The notes below the pieces were generated by a model, which was not told the origin of the DNA, did not search any database, and was given only the letters and a program-made list of their open reading frames with translations. Of a DNA stretch of 64,000 nt, positions 55,765 to 64,000 are shown in pieces. Made by a program: the position numbers and the translations under genes. Numbering within the stretch: the stretch's first letter is position 1; every line of letters begins with the position of its first letter. Origin of the DNA: the human T2T-CHM13v2.0 reference genome, Homo sapiens. The stretch lies in NCBI RefSeq assembly GCF_009914755.1, contig NC_060926.1. The stretch is one strand, 5' to 3'.

Positions 55765-56929
55765 TTCTTATTCTTGCTTTTGAAGACAGGGACTTAAATG
55801 AGTTTTCCCAGCTTTAAATTCCTAGTGACATAGCTCATTGCCTTATGCATATGCAGATTTAATACCTCCTAGGCCCCTAGGTCTTGTTAGTTGGAATTGA
55901 ACTTTCAATTATTATTTTTTGTCTTTTATTTTTGCTCCTATTTCCTCAGCATTCTCATAGCATGTTGTTCAGATCACCGTTAGAGCACCTGGCCATTTAC
56001 AGGACTCTGCACTAAAAGTTTTGGATGAGTAGGTCCGTTTGACCTAATTTGGCTTTGTCATTGGTCTACTTCACCTATGAATCAGAGGCTAATACGAAAC
56101 AAAACTTCTCAACCTAGACCTCATCCTGGCAACTGCTTGGACTCTTCTCAATTGGCTCTGCCCAAGTTGTTGCTACAGGAGACCAACTTGAGGTCACTGG
56201 TCTAACTTCTCACACCTGACCACAGAAGGCATCTGCAGAACTCACCATGCACCACCTTCTCTCCTTCAAGGGGGAAATGGGTAGAGACCAAGCCTTAAGC
56301 CTCTTTGCATTCCCAGAACTAAGGACATGGCAAAGACTTGTTAAATATTTCCTGCCTAAGTGGAATAATCCACCAATCAGTTAATTGAGACTTGTTTGTC
56401 TGTTCTTTCTATTAATTAATATAATGAATATTTAGAATGAGGAACTGTTTCTCTGGCCATGAGGCAAAATAAATAAGAATTAAATGCATAATTCTATCTG
56501 TATTAGCTCCATTCACCAACCAAATGAACTTACCATGTACAGACTGTTCTGCAGAAGGTGTTAATTCACAATGATTCAAATTAACATTAATATTTGCAGA
56601 CATTGCCTTTCATTTATTTTAGCTCATTTACTTTATCACAAAATAAAGCCGAGTTAAATATTACTATATGTGGAAGAAATTTAAAGTGATTATGTATTAC
56701 AGCAAGCCTTATAAAGCATTAATCTTCATTACTGAGGAGACGTTTGACAATTCCCTTAAGGATACACCACTTGAGTTCCAAGATTCCTCAAGGGAAAGGT
56801 GTAAGCTTTGAGATGTAAGCATCTTACACGTTACTCAAATAAAGGATTTCTTGTAATAGGTTTGAAGATAGAATCCAGAGAAAATGGGAAATATATATGC
56901 AGTTGATCAATTGATTTGATGACCCTAAT

Positions 56930-57801
56930 TTTCCACATCTTTCTATAGCCATGCCCTTTGTCATCACTGTTAGTCCATTTTGTATCCCTATAAGGGAATA
57001 TCTGAGGCTGGGCAATTTATAATGAAAAAAGGTTTAATTGGCTCACAGTTCTGCAGGCTGTAAAGGAAGCCTGGTGCTGTTATTTGCTCAGCTTCTAGTG
57101 AGGCCTCAGGGAACTTTTACTCATGGTGGAAGGAGGCAAAGTGGGAGCAGGCACATCACATGGTGGAACAGGGAGCAAGAGAAAGAAGAGGGAAGTTCCA
57201 GACTCTATTAAGCAACCAGTTCTCATGTGAACTAACTGAGCAAGAACTCACTTATCTCCGAGGGGCTAATGTTAAACCATTCATGAGGGATCTGCCCCCA
57301 TGATCTAATCACCCCCAACAGGCCCCACCTTCAACATTGGGAATCACATATCAGCGTAAGATTTGGAGGGGACAAATATCCAATCCACATAATCACTGTC
57401 CCACACTTATCTAAAACTTGGCCACAGAATTTTCTTTGGCCAGCGAGACAATTTGACATAAGTGGCTTGAAAATTCCTTCTGGATTTCCATGTATTCACT
57501 TGGACATTTGTCATTACCAAGAGAACACACTTAGACTAGCCTGCTGGAGGGATGTTAGATGGTAGAAGAGGTCAGGGTTGTCCTAGCTGAGGCCATACCA
57601 GACCAGCCAATGCCAGTCCACCCTCAGCTGACTAGACACAAAAATGAGCACAGCCTAGATTTATTAAACTAAGTCTTGATCAGCAGAACTTCTGAGCAGA
57701 GCCATAGCTTTGTGAAAAATAATGAATGATTGTTGTTTTAAGCCATAATGCTTAGGATAGTTTGTTACACAGCATTATTGTAGCAATAGGTGACTGATAC
57801 A
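56930..57801 (+). mobile_element. MLT1H-like LTR interrupted by an MST LTR
   Basis: GCCATGCCCTTTG before the MST; after it CTTTGGCCAG..GGCTTGAAA..GCATTATTGTAGCAATAGGTGACTGATACA. Confidence 0.65.
56968..57395 (-). mobile_element. MaLR solo LTR, MSTA/B-like
   Basis: TTAGTCCATTTTG..TGAGGCTGGGCAATTTATA..GGCTCACAGTTCTGCAGGCTG..GATTTGGAGGGGACAAATATCC. Confidence 0.88.
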
Positions 57802-58009
57802 GTGGCTAATTTTTCTACAAGACTATGGTGAAGTCTACAATTTATTGCAAATACATAGTGAATTTATATTTTAAATTTTTCAATACTTTTCAGTAGAGGG
57901 GAGGCATATATGTGAAAAGTTGAAGTGAAATTCAAAGTAAGTTTTCAAAAGGAATAAAATAATCTGAGAAAATGAGAGAATTTTCAGAGTCAGTATATTG
58001 TCTTGGTAA

Positions 58010-58145
58010 AACATAGGCTCTGGAGGAAAATCATATAGGCTAGAGTTCTGGTTGCAAACCTTAAGAGCTGTGTGATCTTTATCAATTTACTTAATCATCT
58101 TTTTATCCTTCCTTTTTTTAATCTGTAAAATTGGAATACCTATTG
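58010..58145 (+). mobile_element. MIR fragment
   Basis: ATAGGCTCTGGAG..AGCTGTGTGATCTT..TTACTTAATC..ATCTGTAAAATTGG. Confidence 0.6.
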
Positions 58146-58167
58146 ATGGTGGATGGCCATGAAAATT

Positions 58168-58180
58168 ATATCTATATCTA

Positions 58181-58228
<48 letters not shown>
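58168..58228. repeat. (TATC)n tetranucleotide STR
   Basis: About 12 perfect TATC units. Confidence 0.95.
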
Positions 58229-59235
58229 CTTAGATGAGTTTTGACACTTATTAAGCAGTCAATAATGTTAACTAGTATTGTGTAACAGGTGAGGTATAAA
58301 ATAGAGTAACATCAAGTCATTACTATGTAGCAAGCTTCAGGACACTGTAGAACTTCAAATAGGGGAGAGTTTTCTGGCCATGATCAATTGCTTATTTATT
58401 TTCTAGATATTTTTCAAAGGCTGGTATCAATTGCAAATCATTAAATAATAGAGGAATAGTGGGCTATAGGGAACAGCAAATCCGGATTCAAATTGTATGA
58501 TGATGGGTCAACTATGGAGCCTTCCAGGAATTCAGTTTCTTTATCAGTAAGTGAGGTCTTGGTTGAACAAGATGATCTGTAGGAACTGCATACTTTGAAA
58601 ATTCATTATGTCTAAACCTATACCTTAGTATCAAAGTACTTTAAATAGGCAAACTGATCTCACGTCACAATTGTCAATGAATGATTTTTTAATGCATTAG
58701 TAGTTTAAATGGTAAGATAGTTTAAATGGTGAGTAGTTTGGTGAGAAAGAACAGCAGTGATAATATTTTAAGTAAAAATACACTGTTTTATACAAAGACA
58801 AAGAATATAGTATGTATTGGGGATGTTTCTTGAGGATCTACATCATTCCTGATACTGTGGTAGATTCTGAGGACTAACAGATAAAAGCCCATTCCCATAG
58901 AGTACCTACAGTGCAGTGGGAAGACAAAGAAGTAAAATCTGTGGTAACAAGGACACAGACCAATAGGGGCAGCAGAGAAAGAGAAAATAAATCATATTTA
59001 AAACAAAAACAAATTATTTTATTTTGTTCTTCAGAAATGTTAGTCTTGTTGATTGATATGAGAGAAAATCCAGATTTGTTGTGTTTATGGCCGCTAGCAC
59101 ATAGACCATCCCACAATTTTTACTTGCTTTTAAATTTTTCCATAAAGGCATAAAAATGGAAAATTTTATCCCTAAACAAAAAGTTGTCTATGTTTTAACA
59201 AAAATTAAAAATAAGGTGTGCTCATTACTGAAATT

Positions 59236-59714
59236 ACTGTCTCTCAGTTCTATACCCAACTTTGCCCTGTAAGATTCTGCCTATAGAGGGTGCTACAGGA
59301 AGACTGGGAAGCTGAAGGGGAGGGAAGGCACTTTCTATTTTCTTGTGAGCTTCCTGCTCTAATAACATCCAAATCCAGTTTGCAACTTTTCCAACACGTA
59401 CAGAACCAGCTTTTGGATGTCCCAATGCAGAGACACCCCAGCTAAACAGCACTCCTCAACAGAGGTCTGCATTTGAGCCCCACAGGGTCCTTCCTCTAAG
59501 ATTTTAATAATCTCAACCTTTAAATTTTTGTTCCCCAGTCCCTAGGCTGATAGTGGCTTTCTACAGTTGCTATTTCTGAGATACCATACGGTCCTCTTTT
59601 TATTCTTTCAATTACATAGTTAACAACTTTGTACCTTTGTCAATTCTTTATACTAAATTTTCTATGCACAAAAACTGGTGTGGTTTCTGTCTCTTGACTG
59701 AACTTTACTGAAAC
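59236..59714 (+). mobile_element. ERVL LTR, LTR41-like
   Basis: GATTCTGCCTATAGAGGGTGCTACAGGAAGACTGGGAAGCTG..AACTGGTGTGGTTTCTGTCTCTTGACTG. Confidence 0.55.
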
Positions 59715-59749
59715 CAGGAACAAAATAAAAATATCTTAACAATATATTT

Positions 59750-62700
59750 AAAAACTGTAATTGAAACATAACTTGCATACATTAAGTATATGAATCTGAC
59801 ATGCTAGCTAGATAGATAACTATAGATATAGCTAGTGTAGCCAACATCTGGATTAAGATATAGAACATTTCTAGCACTAAGAAGCTTTTTTGTGTTTCTC
59901 CCAGTTAATACTCCTAGCAAAGGTAACCATTATTGAACTTTATATTAATGGAATCATGCAATATGAAATTTTGTGTGTCTGGCTTCTTTGGCTGAACATC
60001 ATAGTTTTAAGATACATTTTTTTTTGTGTATTTTCTCTTTTACCAGTGTGATGTATTGCATTGTACATATATCAATTTATCCATTTTCTTGTTAATGGAC
60101 AATTGAATTGTTCTTACTTTTAAGTTATTTTGAATAAAGCCTTTATAATACATCTTGCAACAAGCTTTTGGTGAGCATAAGCACTCATTTTGGAGTATAT
60201 AACCAGGAATGGAATTGTTAGGCCATGGAATACGTACTTGTTTAGTTTTGGTAACTACTGCCACACAGTTTTTCCAAAGGGGTTGTGCTGATGTATAATC
60301 CTTCCTGCAATGCCTGAGAATTCCAGTTGATCCACATCTTTGCCATTATCTCTTTAAATATTGCTTGTATCTCAATCTCTCCCTCTCCAGGAAATGAATA
60401 AATGAAGGTTAAAGTTTGTATCCTATGTGTTACCTAAATTATGTTCTTCTTAAAAATAATATTTTATTTGCTTGTCTTTGAGCTTACTTCAGTCTTCTGT
60501 TGTGTGCTGTTAAACTCAATGAGTTCCACATTTCAGATTTTATATTGTTCAGTTCTAGAATTTCCATTTAACTTTGCAATTTTCTGTTTAAATTCTCCAT
60601 GTTTTCATCTATATTATACATATTTTAATTTTTTTAATATATTAATCATAGCCATTTAAGTCCCCCCATCTGATAACTCCTTTTTCTGAACTATCTGTGA
60701 ATCTGTTTTGATTGAGTTATGTGCATTGTTGAAACTATATATATTTAGTCACCACTTAAAATAGCTTCTAAAAGAGTATGATTTAGTGTTGCAATGCGAA
60801 ATTATTGTGTATTTAGCAATGAACAGAAGCTGGTATAAATTTAATATTTATTTATTTCAAAGAATCAGTGTTTGGTTTCATTGATTTTTGTCTATTTTCA
60901 TTTTCTTAAATTTTGATTTTTACCTTTATTATTTCCTGTCTTCTGATTTGAATTTAATTTGCTCTTCTTTTTCTAGTTTCTTAGAATAGATACTGATTTG
61001 AAACCCCCATTTTCCTAAGATGAGTACTTTACACTATGCATTTTATTTTTGATCCATGGTTTATCTAGAAGTATGTAGTTTCATCATCAAATATTTGGAA
61101 AATTTTCACTTCCTTTTTCTTTTAATGATTTTTAGTTTAATTATATTGCAGCCCAAGAACATACTTTGTAAGGTTTCTATTCTTTTAAAATTTTTAAGTA
61201 TTTTACTTTTGGCCCAGAATGTGGGTTATCTTACTTATTGTTTAATGTTCACTTAAATAGATGTATATTTTGATGTTTTTAGGTAGAGTATTCTGTAATT
61301 ATCAATCAGACCAAATTGGTTGACAGTGTTGTCCAAATCATCTATAAACTGACTGATTCTCTTTTTATTTGTTCTGCCAATTGCTTAAAGAGAATTAAAG
61401 AGAATTGTTGAAGTCTTAATTCGGAATTTGTCTATTTCTCCTTTAAGTTCTATAAGTCTTTTCTTCACATATTTTAGAGCTCTATCATTATGTGCATACT
61501 CATGTAGGATTAATATGACTTCTCAGAGAATTGACTGCTTTGTCATTATGTAATGTCCATTTTTGTCTCTCATAATTTTCTTATTCTGAAGTCATTTTAT
61601 TTGATATTAATATGATTACTCCAGCTTTCTTTTATTAGTATTTGCACTCATTTTATATATATATATGTATATATATATGTATACGTATATATTTCTATTC
61701 TTTTACTGCTAGCCTATCTTTACATTTAAAATAGATTTCTTGTAGTCAGCATTTAGTTGGGTCTTACATTTTTATTTAATCTGACAGTAATCTCTATCTT
61801 TAAACTGGTAGTTTAATCCATTCACATATAATGTGATTATTGATATAATTGAATTAAAACAATTACCTTGCTAGCTATTTTCTAGCTATTTTCTATTTTC
61901 CCCATCTATTCTTTGTTTCTTATTTCCTTTTCTAAAAAAAGAAAACTTGATTTAACTGAACATCTTCATGATTTTTATCTTCTTTATTGACTTATAATGT
62001 TTATATCTCTGTTAAAAATTAATGGTTGCCCTGAAGTTAATAATAAACATACTTACTGAATCAGAGTCTATCTTCAAATATTATACTGCTTTATGTATAT
62101 TGTAAGGAACTTATAACAGTATACTTAACAATTTCTTTCTCTTATTCTTTTTGCTATTGTCATACTATTGTCACATATTTTAGTTGTGTATTCTTCATAA
62201 AAATACAATGAATTACAATGGTATATGTCTGTCTGAAAAACTACTTTTTATAATTGTCATAAAGTTGGTCTTCTTGGCACTGAATTTTCTCAGTACTTAT
62301 TTACCTGAAATAATTTTCACTCTTTTTTGGAAATATATTTTTGTTTGATATAGAATTCTGATTGACATTTTTTGTTGTTGTTTAAAACTCTACATTTTAA
62401 AGATGTAGTTATCATCTGCTAGTTTGCAAGATTTCTAAAGATAAACCTGCCATAATTATTTATTATTATTATCATTATTTTTGAGACAGGGTCTTACTTT
62501 GTCATCCAGACTGGAGTGCAGTCATGCAATCATGGCTCACTATAGCCTCAACCTCCCAGGCCCGAGTTATCCTCCAACCTCAGCCCCCAGACTAGCTGGG
62601 ACCACAGGTGTGCACCACCATGTTTGGCTAATTGTTAAATCTGTTTGTAGAAATGAGATCTTCCTACATTGCCCAGGCTACTCTTGAACACCTAGGCTCA

Positions 62701-63960
62701 AGTGATCCAGCCTCAGCCTCCCAAAGTGTTGGGATTATAAGCATGATCTGGTTATTGTAATTTTTATCTTTGTTCTGCTGTGGGTAATTTGTCTTTTTTG
62801 TTCTGGCTGCCTTCAAAATTTTCTCTTGAGCTTTTGATTTTGGTATTTTTAATATAAAATTCCTACATAGTTTATTTATTTGTATTTATCTGATGGGTAG
62901 TCTTGAGCTTATTCAATCTGTGGTTTGGTATCTGTCATTAACATTGGAAAATTCTTGGCCATTATTTCCTCAAATTTTTTAAAATTCTGTTTTTCTTTCT
63001 TTTCTTTTTGGGATTAGAGTTATGAATTCTAATGAATATGTATCTTAGATCCATTGATATGTTGATATTTTTACACTGCTTTTGTATGTTGTAGTTTTAT
63101 TTTTATTTTTTAACTTTTCTTTTCTTTTTGTTTGTTTGTTTGTTTGTTCGGTTTAGGTAGTTTCTATTGACCTGTCATCAAAATATCAACAAGTTCACTG
63201 ATTGCTTCTTTGCCTATGATAAGTCTAAGAATGAGCCTGTAACAGACATTAATCATATCTGTCATATTTTAATTTCTAGCATTTGCAATTGATTCTTATA
63301 GTTTTCATCTCTTTCCTGGAATTACCTAGCTGATCTTGTGTATTGTCCACCTCTTCCATTAGAGACTCTAACATATGAATCAAGTTATTTTAACTTTTCT
63401 GTCTTTTAATTTCACCACCTGTGTCATACCTAAGTCTGGTTTTTATGACTGTTTTGGCTCTTACGAGTGTGTTGTTTTTACTTTCCTTTTTGTATGCTTT
63501 GTAATTTTTGTTGAAAGTCAGGCATCTTGGAAAAGAAAGTCCAGCATTTTATATAATTTTTACCCCTGGAAATTAATGTCTCTCTTTTGAGTAGAACTAT
63601 TATGTAGGAGATTTAAGTTCAAGTTAATTTAATACCCTTAAGTAGTAAGGGTATCAGCTTGGTTTTAGGTTTATTGTTGCTATGGTAACCTTTAGGGCAC
63701 CACTGGCTTCAAATTCCTCCAGAAATACCTTGTGTTAGTTTGGTTTGCTAGAGGATTTTTTTTTTCTTCTACTTAGTGGGTGATCCTATATCAACTCTAG
63801 ATCTTCCTTTGTGCTGTACCTCAGAAAATTTCTTTTCATGTATTGGTTCCTCTCCTATGCCACTCCAAGTCATATTCCAATGTTGTTACTTACTACTGCT
63901 TGTTAGCTTGTCAGCAGGGAGTGGTACTGAGGCATTATTTCTTGTTTACATTAAACTTAG
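59750..63960 (-). mobile_element. Patchwork of ancient L1M (L1MD/ME-like) fragments
   Basis: T-rich; TATATAACCAGGAATGGAATTG, TCAAAGAATCAG..TTTGGTTTCATTGATTTT, AACATTGGAAAATTCTTGGCCATTATTT; boundaries approximate. Confidence 0.75.
62455..62750 (-). mobile_element. Alu SINE, AluJ-like, diverged
   Basis: GAGACAGGGTCT..CTGGAGTGCAG..GGCTCAAGTGATCC..CCCAAAGTGTTGGGATTA. Confidence 0.88.
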
Positions 63961-64000
63961 TCGTAGGCTGGCATGGTGTTATGTTTCTGGGTCCTGCAGT

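Overview
AT-rich primate (human or great ape) genomic DNA, intronic or gene-desert in character. No protein-coding gene, RNA gene or CRISPR array can be supported. The long ORFs are L1 ORF1/ORF2 remnants, Alu read-throughs or low-complexity sequence. The window holds about 16 Alu/FLAM elements, several 5'-truncated L1s (nearly all on the minus strand, one with a twin-priming inversion), a Tigger3b DNA transposon split by a young L1PA2, MaLR/ERV LTRs, L2/MIR relics and microsatellites. Several repeat-free, motif-dense stretches look like conserved enhancers. The most unusual structures are repair or replication scars: (i) a ~380 bp mosaic at 27824-28206 stitched from direct and inverted copies of neighbouring DNA between TA microsatellites; (ii) a tail-less internal L1 ORF1 fragment captured inside an Alu with an 11-bp duplication; (iii) an 80-nt hairpin with perfect 24-bp arms; (iv) an old diverged local duplication. 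Low-confidence candidate exons include a 15-nt microexon. I see no evidence of a new multi-gene system. Repeat subfamily calls come from remembered consensus sequences and need RepeatMasker/Dfam confirmation.
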